From positions 192,001-256,000 of the forward strand of contig JBCBUK010000003.1 in assembly GCA_039818205.1 (NCBI GenBank): a DNA stretch of 64,000 nt, written 5' to 3'. The notes under the pieces were generated by a model. The model had not been told where the DNA came from. It did not search any database and worked only from the letters and a program-made list of their open reading frames with translations. The stretch comes from Verrucomicrobiota bacterium (GTDB taxonomy: Bacteria; Verrucomicrobiota; Verrucomicrobiia; Opitutales; Cerasicoccaceae). A program made the translations under genes and the position numbers. Positions 1 to 9,306 of this stretch are shown here, in pieces (the stretch's first letter is position 1; each line of letters starts with the position of its first letter).

Positions 1-259
1 CCTCAGTGAGCGAAATCTGGAATTGGTCAAGAACCTGGGCCTCCATCGTATTCTGAATGTTGAATCGGGCGACTACAAGATGTCGTTTAATGCAGAGGGT
101 GCCGAATCGCTCGATGCGAAAGCCCAATCCGAGCGGGAAAATGCGGCCATGGTTTTGAAGGCCCATGAGAACCTCGTTGAAGCCGACGGCACCAATCAGC
201 AAAAGTTCCAGGACGTCCTGTCGTTCCTGCGCTTACAGGTCGACAAGGATTCGGCTTAG
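1..259 (+). CDS. STAS-domain anti-sigma factor antagonist, C-terminal part (5' end outside window)
   Basis: Frame reads LSERNLELVKNLGLHRIL, typical of the end of a STAS domain; lies directly upstream of a SpoIIE/RsbU phosphatase. Confidence 0.7.
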   Translation, partial: LSERNLELVKNLGLHRILNVESGDYKMSFNAEGAESLDAKAQSERENAAMVLKAHENLVEADGTNQQKFQDVLSFLRLQVDKDSA

Positions 260-371
260 CAGGTTTGGCATTTGCTCAATTGGCAATTCGAGCGATGTGA
301 TATCGATGGCTCAAGGGGTAAAAATTCCTTGAACGCTGTGGTTGATCTAGGGGAGGAATCTGCCTAGGTTC

Positions 372-1817
372 GTGACAATGCAGTTTCTCATTGGCTTACT
401 ACTGGGTGCGATGAGCGGGTGGCTGTTCATGCGGCTGTCGGCTCGTGGCAAGCATGAGAAACTTCAAGAGGAAATTCGACTGCTCCAGCAGGAGAAGCAG
501 ATCGTGGTTGAGTTCATGCACAACCTGGTTGAAGCGATTGGTGATGGGGTCAACCGGGAGGAGCTTTTTCAACGAATTGTTCATGCAGCAATTTTAAGCA
601 CGGGTGCGTTGAGTGCCTGTGTTTTCATCCGGTCGGAGAACGGGAAGCTCCGCGGAGTTGCGGTCGAGGGGCTGTTTCCACCCCAGCGAGCTTTGGTCGG
701 GAAATCCCTTGGTCGTGCATCAACCCGCGCGAAATTTATCGAGGGTATCTTGCGCTCGGAGGAGTTCGATATGGGTGAGGGCGTTATTGGTTCGGTGGCG
801 AAGTCTGGAAAAGCCCTATTGATCGAAGATGCTTCCAAAGACCCACGAATCGTTCAGCACGAGGATGCTTCGCTGCGGGTGCGTTCGCTAGTTGTCGCAC
901 CTATTCCCTTCCGCGAAGAAGTTCTGGGGGTGTTGGCGGTTGCCAATCCGGCGGATGGTCTGTCGTTTAACGAGACCGACTTTTCGTTGATCCAGTCATT
1001 GGCTGAGCAAGCTGGGTTGGCCATCCACAATTCGGACTTGATCCAGGTGCAAATGGAGAAGCAGAAGTTGGATTTTGATATATCCATGGCGAGCAGCATT
1101 CAGGGCATGATTTTGCCCAAGAAGTTTCCTGATTTGCCTGGGCTGAGCATCGATGCCTTTTACCGGCCGGCTCAGAAAATTGGTGGCGATCTTTACGACG
1201 TATTCAAGCTGGATGAGAATCGTGTCGCTATGGCGATTGCCGATGTCTCTGGGAAAGGTTTGCCCGCTTCGCTGCTAATGACGATTTGCCAAACAAACTT
1301 GCGCCACCTGGCTCGCCAAGGAGGGTCACCGGCCGAGATTCTACGCCTATTGAATCAGGAGATGGCACCGGAGATGCGGCAGGATATGTTCATCACGCTC
1401 ATTTATGCCGTTCTAGATATGGAACGGGAGGAGATTACCTTTGCCCGGGCAGGGCATGAGTTAATGCTGATGATCCACGACAATGGAATTGGCAAGGATG
1501 TGACGAGCGAGATGCTCGGCTCGGAAGGCATGGCAATCGGTATGGTGCCTAGCGAGGTTTTCGATGAGTTTATTGAAGACCGAACCGTTCCTTTTCAAAA
1601 AGGGGATACGGCAGTGTTTTACACCGACGGTGTAACGGAAGCGTGCAACAATACCGGCGACGAATTCAGCGGTGAGCGCTTGGCTGAGATTGCCCGCACC
1701 TTGAAGGATCGTTCTGCTAAAGACCTCAAGCGTGGCATTGTATCAACGGTCGAGGAGTTTATCGGGGGCGGGATGTTTCACGACGATCTGACCCTCATCG
1801 TAGCGAAGCACGTATAA
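372..1817 (+). CDS. GAF + PP2C/SpoIIE (RsbU-like) serine phosphatase with N-terminal membrane anchor
   Basis: N-terminal hydrophobic helix; GAF segment (SLVVAPIPFREEVLGVLAVAN, FNETD); PP2C motifs IGGDLYD, IADVSGKG, FYTDGVTEA, HDDLTL. Confidence 0.93.
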   Translation: MTMQFLIGLLLGAMSGWLFMRLSARGKHEKLQEEIRLLQQEKQIVVEFMHNLVEAIGDGVNREELFQRIVHAAILSTGALSACVFIRSENGKLRGVAVEGLFPPQRALVGKSLGRASTRAKFIEGILRSEEFDMGEGVIGSVAKSGKALLIEDASKDPRIVQHEDASLRVRSLVVAPIPFREEVLGVLAVANPADGLSFNETDFSLIQSLAEQAGLAIHNSDLIQVQMEKQKLDFDISMASSIQGMILPKKFPDLPGLSIDAFYRPAQKIGGDLYDVFKLDENRVAMAIADVSGKGLPASLLMTICQTNLRHLARQGGSPAEILRLLNQEMAPEMRQDMFITLIYAVLDMEREEITFARAGHELMLMIHDNGIGKDVTSEMLGSEGMAIGMVPSEVFDEFIEDRTVPFQKGDTAVFYTDGVTEACNNTGDEFSGERLAEIARTLKDRSAKDLKRGIVSTVEEFIGGGMFHDDLTLIVAKHV

Positions 1818-1848
1818 AAAAACACGCCCTCGAGTTGAAGGCGTGTTT
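1816..1848 (-). terminator. Intrinsic terminator between convergent genes
   Basis: AAACACGCC (1820-1828) pairs with GGCGTGTTT (1840-1848); A-run at 1816-1822 gives a U-tract on the minus strand after the phosphofructokinase gene. Confidence 0.75.
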
Positions 1849-1871
1849 CCAGGAAAGTGGACCGGGTTGCG

Positions 1872-3134
1872 CTAGCTGACCTGGTATGGTGGCAGTTCCT
1901 TGGATACGCGTGATGGCTTGAAGGCCATGTATTTGGGCGTGCCGTTTTCGTAAGGAACTTCGACCTCTCCTTGGATCAATGGGTTCGCATACTTGAAGAA
2001 CTGGAAGTTGATGCTTACGCCGTCCTCGTTGATCCATTGGGTTGGGAATGGCTTCACGTTGTTGGCAACGTCTTCCAAATTGGCGAGGCCGGTTTCGCAG
2101 CCGTAGAAGTCGCTATCGGTGCGGATCAAGGTGATCATCTTGTCCGTTTCACCGTCGATCGCGGCCTTAACTGCGGCTTGTCCGGCCAAGAACGCTTCGT
2201 CGTTGTCGGTTTGTGAAGAGCAATGAGCCGCGGCGCGCTGGGCAATACCGAGCTTGCAGGAACGTGCTTTGACGCCTGCCAAATTTTGCTCTACGAGATC
2301 GCGCAAGTGTTCGCCGACGCCGCCGAGAGCATTGTGGCCAAAGTCATCTTGAGACTGCGCTGCTGCAATATAGTTACCGTCCTGGTCGGTCAGGCCTTCG
2401 CCCACAACAACCATGCAATATTTGGACTTACGGAGAACTTCTTGGACGCGGGCAACGAATACTTGTGGGTCAAAGCGAACCTCTGGCATCAAAACCAGAT
2501 GAGGTGGATCGTCGACCTCGTTACGGCGTTTGGCGAGGCTGGCACCAGCGGTGATCCATCCCGCATTGCGACCCATAACTTCTACGATCGAAACGAAATC
2601 GTGGCGACCCATGGACTCATTGTCCAAAGCGATTTCCTTCACCGTGGTCGCAATATATTTGATTACGCTTCCGTAGCCAGGGCAGTGGTCGGTGATGGGT
2701 AGATCGTTGTCGACTGTCTTCGGAATTCCGATCACGCGGAGGCCGTAGCCCTTCTCGCGAGCTGCTTCGGAAATCTTGTTTGCGGTGTCCTGAGAATCAT
2801 TGCCGCCGATGTAGAAAAAGTAGCGAATATTGTGAGCCTGAAACACCTGGAGTACCCGCTCATAATCCTCACCGCTACTCATTTGGTAGCGGCAGGAACC
2901 CAAGGACGAGCCGGGCGTATACCGGAGGCCGCGAATGGCCTGTTGAGACTCTTCTGCCAAGTCAATCAGCTCTTCATTTAGGATGCCTTGAATGCCATTG
3001 AGGCCGCCATAAATTTCTTCGATGCACCCGTGGTTGAGTGCTTCGGTAACGACACCAGCTAAGCTGGCGTTAATGACTGCGGTCGGTCCGCCCGATTGGG
3101 CGACGAGGACATTGCCGTTTAATTCTTCTGACAT
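1872..3134 (-). CDS. 6-phosphofructokinase family protein, probably PPi-dependent
   Basis: AQSGGPTAVIN, YIGGNDSQDT (GGND with Asp, PPi-type), IPKTVDNDL, EVMGRNAGW; start placed at MSEELN (ATG 3134). Confidence 0.9.
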   Translation of the reverse strand: MSEELNGNVLVAQSGGPTAVINASLAGVVTEALNHGCIEEIYGGLNGIQGILNEELIDLAEESQQAIRGLRYTPGSSLGSCRYQMSSGEDYERVLQVFQAHNIRYFFYIGGNDSQDTANKISEAAREKGYGLRVIGIPKTVDNDLPITDHCPGYGSVIKYIATTVKEIALDNESMGRHDFVSIVEVMGRNAGWITAGASLAKRRNEVDDPPHLVLMPEVRFDPQVFVARVQEVLRKSKYCMVVVGEGLTDQDGNYIAAAQSQDDFGHNALGGVGEHLRDLVEQNLAGVKARSCKLGIAQRAAAHCSSQTDNDEAFLAGQAAVKAAIDGETDKMITLIRTDSDFYGCETGLANLEDVANNVKPFPTQWINEDGVSINFQFFKYANPLIQGEVEVPYENGTPKYMAFKPSRVSKELPPYQVS

Positions 3135-3298
3135 AGCTATTTTGAGATTGGGACCTAAGCAAAATTGATCGGGTCTGGAGCAAAACCGCAGACTCTGCCG
3201 ATGCCGTATTTTCAATGCAACTTAAAAAGCGTCACAAGTCATTAGCGTGTCCGGTGGGTTTTTCTGAATCCCACAGTTGAGTCACAATAATCAACTAA

Positions 3299-4906
3299 CT
3301 ATGAACGGCTTGTACGCTCGATATGGGCATCTTCGATCGAGGTTAGCAGCCGATTCGCCAGCCAGATGACCCGTTCGCAACCCCCAAGGAGGTGGAGGGC
3401 AGCTGCTTGCCGTTCCCGATCGCTATTGTCGGGCGGCTCGAGAAAGTTTTCGCGCAGACGGGCGAGGGCGCCACCGCCGTCAGCGGTGATCTGTACGGCT
3501 AGTGTCAGGTCGTCTTGATCCAGGGTTATGATCGCGTCGAGCACCGTTAACCAGGCGGCCTCTAGTCCTTCGAGGGTTCGATGGGCGAGTGAGTCACTCC
3601 CAAGCGCTTGCTGCTTCGCGCGGGGTAGCACTTGAAAGAATTCTCGCTCGAGGGCACAGAGCAGATCATGCCGCTCCAGCGCTCGGGCAAGAGCACCTGC
3701 AGTTTCCCCGCTTTGACGCTGACTCATCAACGAGTGGAGTACCTGTGATACCTCGTCGGCAACGGAATCAAATGCCCGGTGGATTCCAATGGCGGCCGAT
3801 GGGGCGTTGCCTTCCGGGCCTGCGGGCAAGCGAAAGTATCGCGAGAGGCGATCCGCTAAGCGTCGGTGTTCCTGTTCAATCAAATCTAGGCATGCCGACG
3901 GGTCCTCTTCACACCGTGGGTAGAGGTATTTGGGGCGATCCTCCGTTTCATGGGCGTCGGGTGGGTACTGTCTGGCCAAAACGCCAGCCAGTTTTCGCTC
4001 GAAGGGGAGTGTCGCGGAGCTGGCTACCACGCACCAAATCAAGTTGGCGAGGGCGAGGATTTGGGCCAGCGGAAGCCCCGTTTTGTTTAAGAGCGCGATC
4101 ACCAGGGGAATGCCACCCCAGATCTCAATAAAGAAAAGTGGCACGAGCACGGCCGTTCCAATCCAGCCGTAGTAGACTTGAAACATCGCCATTTGCTTGG
4201 CGGTGCCTTTTAGTCGAAGGGTTAATAGATGGGTGATGAGGCTAGCTCCAAGATTGACGCCGTAGATGGCGATGATTGCCTCGTCTTCACCAAGCATATC
4301 GGCGCGAGCTAGGACGATCGTTACGAGAACGACCGCATTTCCGGATTGGGCCAAAAGGGTGAGGAGAGTGCCGACTAAGAATACTGCAATGTATTGACCA
4401 TGAGACATTTCCAGTAATCGACGGAACCAATCATACTGCTGCAGATGCTCGCCGGTTTCCTGCATCAAAAACAGTCCGTAGAACAATAGGCCCATGCCGA
4501 AAATGAACCCAACGGCATGTCGCCAATTGCGGGGTCGCTGGAAGGCATACAGGATACCGGCCAAGCCGACAACGTAGGCTGTAAAGACATCCAGAGGCAG
4601 CGTCAGGAAGAAGATCAGGACACAGGTGCCGGGGTTTGACCAATTCAATGCGGACAGTGCGCGGCGGGCGGGCAGCAGACCCGTATTGACCAAGCTAATG
4701 GTCAAATAGGTCACGGCAGACGCGGTTTGTGCGATCGCTCCGACGCAAAACCCCCACCAGGCGGCCTTCCAAACACTATCGGTCAGCCCGGCGAAAATAG
4801 CGCGCAAGCGGCGCCCGGCGATTGACCTTAGGTGGCGATCAAGCAGAGCTGCTCCAACAAAGAAAAGGCCAAGGCCCGCCAACATGTAGCCGAGCAATGT
4901 TGTCAT
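3299..4906 (-). CDS. Na+/Pi-cotransporter family membrane protein with helical (PhoU-like) C-terminus
   Basis: Hydrophobic N-terminal two thirds with repeated QTASA / QSGNA and WSNPGT / GVNLGA motifs; soluble helical C-terminus. Confidence 0.8.
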   Translation of the reverse strand: MTTLLGYMLAGLGLFFVGAALLDRHLRSIAGRRLRAIFAGLTDSVWKAAWWGFCVGAIAQTASAVTYLTISLVNTGLLPARRALSALNWSNPGTCVLIFFLTLPLDVFTAYVVGLAGILYAFQRPRNWRHAVGFIFGMGLLFYGLFLMQETGEHLQQYDWFRRLLEMSHGQYIAVFLVGTLLTLLAQSGNAVVLVTIVLARADMLGEDEAIIAIYGVNLGASLITHLLTLRLKGTAKQMAMFQVYYGWIGTAVLVPLFFIEIWGGIPLVIALLNKTGLPLAQILALANLIWCVVASSATLPFERKLAGVLARQYPPDAHETEDRPKYLYPRCEEDPSACLDLIEQEHRRLADRLSRYFRLPAGPEGNAPSAAIGIHRAFDSVADEVSQVLHSLMSQRQSGETAGALARALERHDLLCALEREFFQVLPRAKQQALGSDSLAHRTLEGLEAAWLTVLDAIITLDQDDLTLAVQITADGGGALARLRENFLEPPDNSDRERQAAALHLLGGCERVIWLANRLLTSIEDAHIERTSRS

Positions 4907-5013
4907 GAGTGGGCAGGCAGGGAGTGTAAACAGTAGGCGCAGAGAGACATAGACGGCGCGTATTCAAACACAGCCGGTCTATTAATCCAGTAAAATTGCG
5001 GATTTCCTCGTGC

Positions 5014-5169
5014 CTAAAAACCAATGCCAATCAGGATGAGCAAGAGTAAGAAGCCCATTCCACCGACGATAGCGTAAAGGGCGCTCTTTTCGCGCCAGCT
5101 CAGATGGAGATACTCTTCATCCTCTGACCAATCCTCCCGATTGTGCGGAAAATGTGGATGCGTGTTCAT
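5014..5169 (-). CDS. Small single-pass membrane protein, 51 aa (not in ORF track)
   Basis: Hand translation ATG 5169 to TAG 5014: MNTHPHFPHNREDWSEDEEYLHLSWREKSALYAIVGGMGFLLLLILIGIGF; clear C-terminal TM helix; fills an otherwise empty gap. Confidence 0.6.
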   Translation of the reverse strand: MNTHPHFPHNREDWSEDEEYLHLSWREKSALYAIVGGMGFLLLLILIGIGF

Positions 5170-5369
5170 AGAGTAGCGTACGACTGATTAACGTCAATTC
5201 AAGTCGGTTGGTTGTTTATGAGCAGATCTAATTTAAGGGCGATCTGACCCTATTGAATCGCATGTCCTTTTCTATGAAATACGGCGAGGATTAATTACAG
5301 ATACATTACAGACTCGATAGTCTCTTTCTCTTTCCTGCTCTATAATGGCTAAAGATCGGCACTAATATT

Positions 5370-5726
5370 ATGAAAAACCAACTACAATTCCAATTCTGTC
5401 CCGGGAGTCCTGATATGGACGGCGTCTACACTGAGGAAATCTTGGGGGCACTCAATGAAGAGAACCAAGACTTCATTTTAGACTTTTGGCACCTAATACC
5501 TGAAATTATCGAGCAGTTTCCCTGTCGGACAAAAGACATGAGTGGTAGTCGTAAGGCACATGTCATTGGTCAACTCATTCGTGAGCTGGCAATCTGCTAC
5601 AAAATGTATTCGGGCTACCACGATGGCTGGGTGACGACGCTTTGTGTTCGCCTACGTGTTCAAAAGAGATTTCTGGAGATTTCACGCGACCGAAAGCCAC
5701 TCGCACCGGTAGAGCGAGTAGCATAA
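5370..5726 (+). CDS. Hypothetical protein
   Basis: 118-aa ATG ORF after an AT-rich upstream region, no competing long ORF; no recognisable motif. Confidence 0.55.
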   Translation: MKNQLQFQFCPGSPDMDGVYTEEILGALNEENQDFILDFWHLIPEIIEQFPCRTKDMSGSRKAHVIGQLIRELAICYKMYSGYHDGWVTTLCVRLRVQKRFLEISRDRKPLAPVERVA

Positions 5727-5933
5727 GGACCTGCAGTGGAGGGGGTTAAGGCCTAGGTGGCCCTGGCTGGGGCTGCCTAGGTTCTTAGTTGAGCTAGGGT
5801 GTTATGACTAGTGTTTTTACTGCCCAGAAGCCATCTTGTATGAGGGAACTCAGGCCTTGAGTCGGATACCGCGGGCGATAGCATATCCGGTCGACTATAT
5901 ACATAGATATTTTTTAAGATTTGATCCAAGAAC

Positions 5934-6968
5934 GTGGGAAAAGCACCGGCCATTTTACCAACAGTCATCGCAATGACATGCGCTGCGGGTTTGGCTATGT
6001 ACCTCCACTTCTCGTTTGATTCTGGCACCGAACCAAGTTCGCCGAGCTCGATGGAGATGGAGCGTTTAAAAACCAGGAATGAGAAACTGCAGGGTCAGGT
6101 CGCGGGATTGCGAGAAGAGCTTCAGGATTTGCGGGAAGCCTTGATCATGGCGGAATTCGATCGTGATCGATTGAAAGATCAGCTCGATGCTTTGGTTGAT
6201 AATCATGAAGAGGAGGGAACGACTCTCGTTGGTTTTTCTGAGATCGATTCTGAAACGTATATTCCGAACCGGCAGGGAGAGTTTATTGATGGGATCGGTT
6301 TCGTTCCTCTACAGTCTGAGGCGCGTCCCTATGGATTGGAAATAGCTGGCCTAGTCCGCGACGTTTCGACGGACGAACGCTCGCGTAAATTTCGGGACGA
6401 GATCTTGCCGGGGATCATCGAGTACATGCAAACAACTGGCCGCGAGGTAATCGCGCAGAACGACCTAACGATTTCACCCGATCAGCTGATTCTCGAGAAT
6501 CCCGCGGACCTTCGGGCCTATTTTATCGGGGAGCAAGGGCAGTTCAATAACTCTATCGGGTTTAACTTGAGTGGACGCGGTATCGAAACCGGTAGCCCGA
6601 AGTTAGTTTTTCCGAATGCGAGTCAGGCCATTTCGGCGATTGCTGATCCTCACTGTTCGCCGTTGCAGACCGGTGATTTCGTTGATCTCGGCCGGGTTCC
6701 ACCAGGAACGCCCTTGGACCTGTTTCTCATCAGCAATGGCGTTCACGATGAAGATGCTCCCGTCTACACCGCTGACCCAACTTTGAATCCAGATAACGCC
6801 GACCACTTAATCGTTCATGGGTTTGCCGGTGATACGATTTTGGTTGGATTCGAAGATTTATATGGGGGAGGCGATCGGAACTTTCGTGATGTGGTGATCG
6901 CGCTCGATATTGGTGCCGAAAACGTTCGGGCATTTATGGAGTCCGATCAGCGGACTGCGTCAAATTGA
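5934..6968 (+). CDS. Membrane-anchored coiled-coil protein with C-terminal DUF4114-like domain
   Basis: N-terminal TM, heptad coiled coil (RLKTRNEKLQGQVAGLREELQDLR), C-terminal VGFEDLYGGGDRNFRDVVI motif typical of DUF4114. Confidence 0.75.
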   Translation: MGKAPAILPTVIAMTCAAGLAMYLHFSFDSGTEPSSPSSMEMERLKTRNEKLQGQVAGLREELQDLREALIMAEFDRDRLKDQLDALVDNHEEEGTTLVGFSEIDSETYIPNRQGEFIDGIGFVPLQSEARPYGLEIAGLVRDVSTDERSRKFRDEILPGIIEYMQTTGREVIAQNDLTISPDQLILENPADLRAYFIGEQGQFNNSIGFNLSGRGIETGSPKLVFPNASQAISAIADPHCSPLQTGDFVDLGRVPPGTPLDLFLISNGVHDEDAPVYTADPTLNPDNADHLIVHGFAGDTILVGFEDLYGGGDRNFRDVVIALDIGAENVRAFMESDQRTASN

Positions 6969-7060
6969 GAAGGGCTTCTGCTTGGGATAAGCACCGCTGT
7001 TTCTTGGTCCAGCTGGGCTTGCCGTGGAATGATTTCGCTGCTTCGATGCATGGTTAACCC

Positions 7061-7744
7061 ATGACACCCGCTCTCATAGACAGCATTTCAGCCGCCTTCA
7101 TTGCGGGCCTCATCACGAGTCCGCATTGTGTTGGCATGTGTGGGCCTATTGGTTGTGCAACTTTGCCGCTGGGCAATTCCGAGACCTCACTTGTTTGGGC
7201 CAGTGCGAGTTATCACTTGGGCCGGTCGATAGCCTATGGATTGATTGGTTGCCTGGCTGGAATGATTGGCGGGCCAGTTCTTGCCGCCTTTGGTGCTTCT
7301 CCTGCGCAGTTTTTACCGTGGATGATGGTGGTGATGCTTCTATTTGTGGCCTTCCGGCTCGACCGCCACCTGCCTAAGCCAAAGGGGTGGAACGGATTCT
7401 TTTTCAAGTTGAATCAGAAAGTGCGGACCTTTCCGCGGTGGACCTTGGGCGGTGGATTGGGCCTGTTAACGCCTTTGCTTCCCTGCGGGCCACTCTATCT
7501 GATCTTCACCGTTGCCCTGTTTTCGGGCTCGGCGATTCGTGGTGCTGAAATCGGTCTTGGCTTTGCCCTGGGGACGATTCCACTTCTGTGGTTAGCGCAG
7601 GCAGGGTATTTTCGTTATCGAGGGAAGCTGTCATCCAAGGGCTTGCGCTGGGTTCAATGTGGATTTGCCCTGGCCGCCGCCGGCTTGATCAGCTGGCGTA
7701 TGATCGCTAGCGGGGGAGAGTTTGGGGAGCAGTTTTGCCATTAA
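7061..7744 (+). CDS. Sulfite exporter TauE/SafE / DsbD_2-like membrane protein
   Basis: SPHCVGMCGP, YHLGR, LLPCGPLY and FALGTIP motifs. Confidence 0.88.
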   Translation: MTPALIDSISAAFIAGLITSPHCVGMCGPIGCATLPLGNSETSLVWASASYHLGRSIAYGLIGCLAGMIGGPVLAAFGASPAQFLPWMMVVMLLFVAFRLDRHLPKPKGWNGFFFKLNQKVRTFPRWTLGGGLGLLTPLLPCGPLYLIFTVALFSGSAIRGAEIGLGFALGTIPLLWLAQAGYFRYRGKLSSKGLRWVQCGFALAAAGLISWRMIASGGEFGEQFCH

Positions 7745-7842
7745 GAAACGCTGATGTTTCATTGGTGTAACCTGGGGGTTTTTCTGGGAGGCGATGGGCG
7801 TTTCCGCGTTGACTCCGGTCGGCTGACAGACACCGTGGTTGT

Positions 7843-8736
7843 GTGCCCCGAAAACGTTCGCATCGTAGCCGTAAGAAGCGGAGCAGAGCACCGCAAATCA
7901 TTGCTGGTTTGTTGGTTTTCTTCTTGGTTCTTGGAGCAGCCTTCATTGTTTGGCTGTCTAAGCAATCGCCGAGTGACGCCGCTGAGTATGCGGATGCCGA
8001 GTTGAGTCCGGAAGCCGTTGAAGAGAAGCCTCAGGATTTTGCTCAGCCGGCCCAATCGGTAAGCGAAATCGTTGATCGATACATTGCGGTTCAAGGCGGC
8101 GTTGATGAGATAAACAAGATCAGTAGTTTGAGGTTTATTGGGGTAATCAGAGAAGCCGGGGAAGAAATCGAATTTGACCAGTTACGCAAAGCGCCGAACC
8201 TCTATCGTTTTACTCTGGAACGAGACGGGCGTGAACTCCGGACGACCACCAACGGCAAACAGGTTTGGCGCGAGCTCGTAGGTCGTGAAGCCACCTATGA
8301 AATCGTTGGGCAGGAAGCGGAAGACTTTATTAATTCGGCCCCCATTCTTGAGAAGATTTGGACCCAGCGTAATGTCCCCGGTGCGCTGAAACTTCTAGAG
8401 GACCAGCCGTTGGATGGGAAAATGCATCACCGTATCAGCGTCAAATTGGCCGGTGGCGGAAAAGAGGTTTATTGGATCGATAACAAGAGTTACCTCGAAT
8501 CGCGGAAGGAAAAATTCAATGCGAAAGGTGACCGAATTACATTGTTCGAGTTCAGTGATTTTCGACCGGTCGGTACCATGAACATTCCCTTTTTTGTAGC
8601 GATTACCAATGAGGGGGCGCCTACTACTGAGGTAACCATCAACAAGGCTGAGATGAACGTGGGTGTGTTCTCCTCTTTCTTTGAACCACCGAAGCAGTTA
8701 CTTCCTTGGCCGGAAAAAGAAACCGCGGCTAATTGA
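7843..8736 (+). CDS. Membrane-anchored periplasmic protein, LolA-like (outer-membrane lipoprotein-sorting type) fold
   Basis: Basic N-terminus then TM; IVDRYIAVQGG...I.SLRF.G, YWIDNKSYL and FSDFRPVG..IPF patterns. Confidence 0.65.
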   Translation: MPRKRSHRSRKKRSRAPQIIAGLLVFFLVLGAAFIVWLSKQSPSDAAEYADAELSPEAVEEKPQDFAQPAQSVSEIVDRYIAVQGGVDEINKISSLRFIGVIREAGEEIEFDQLRKAPNLYRFTLERDGRELRTTTNGKQVWRELVGREATYEIVGQEAEDFINSAPILEKIWTQRNVPGALKLLEDQPLDGKMHHRISVKLAGGGKEVYWIDNKSYLESRKEKFNAKGDRITLFEFSDFRPVGTMNIPFFVAITNEGAPTTEVTINKAEMNVGVFSSFFEPPKQLLPWPEKETAAN

Positions 8737-9232
8737 TGTCGCCCAGGTAAATCGGATCAGGGTCGATATTGGAATCCTGAATGAAATCGAGAATTTTGCG
8801 GGGGTAGAAATTTGACTCCGGCAGGTCTTCTAAAGCGATCCATTCGGCACCGATTTGGTTGCGGTCCCCGCAACAATTTAGATCGATTGTAATCCCCTTG
8901 GGCACCTGGCAGTGAAACACGACTTCAAGTTGATGGAAGTTCTTGTGTTTGCTAGCGAAGGAGTGGTTTTTGCCAATGTATTCACGAACATAGGCCAGGG
9001 CGCCAACTTCCGGTTCGAACCCAAGCTCTTCCCGACACTCTCGCTTGAGGGAGTCGATCAAAGTCTCTCCATGCCGTTGTCCACCGCCTGGCAGGATGAA
9101 AAATAATTCTGGCTCGCGGGGTCGCTTCATCTTAATCGCAAGCAATTTCCCGTCGCTGATTATCAGCGCGCGCGAAGCACTGCGCACAGTACGCGCGCCC
9201 GGGAAAAACTGCTCAGGACCAGCCATAGCCAT
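8729..9232 (-). CDS. NUDIX hydrolase
   Basis: Nudix box GGGQRHGETLIDSLKRECREELG; start placed at ATG 9232. Confidence 0.9.
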   Translation of the reverse strand: MAMAGPEQFFPGARTVRSASRALIISDGKLLAIKMKRPREPELFFILPGGGQRHGETLIDSLKRECREELGFEPEVGALAYVREYIGKNHSFASKHKNFHQLEVVFHCQVPKGITIDLNCCGDRNQIGAEWIALEDLPESNFYPRKILDFIQDSNIDPDPIYLGDIN

Positions 9233-9306
9233 ACTGTCAACCCGCCACTTGTCCCTGGCAAGCAAGATCAAAGAATCAGTTTACTTATCTCGCAAATGTT
9301 AAAAAA

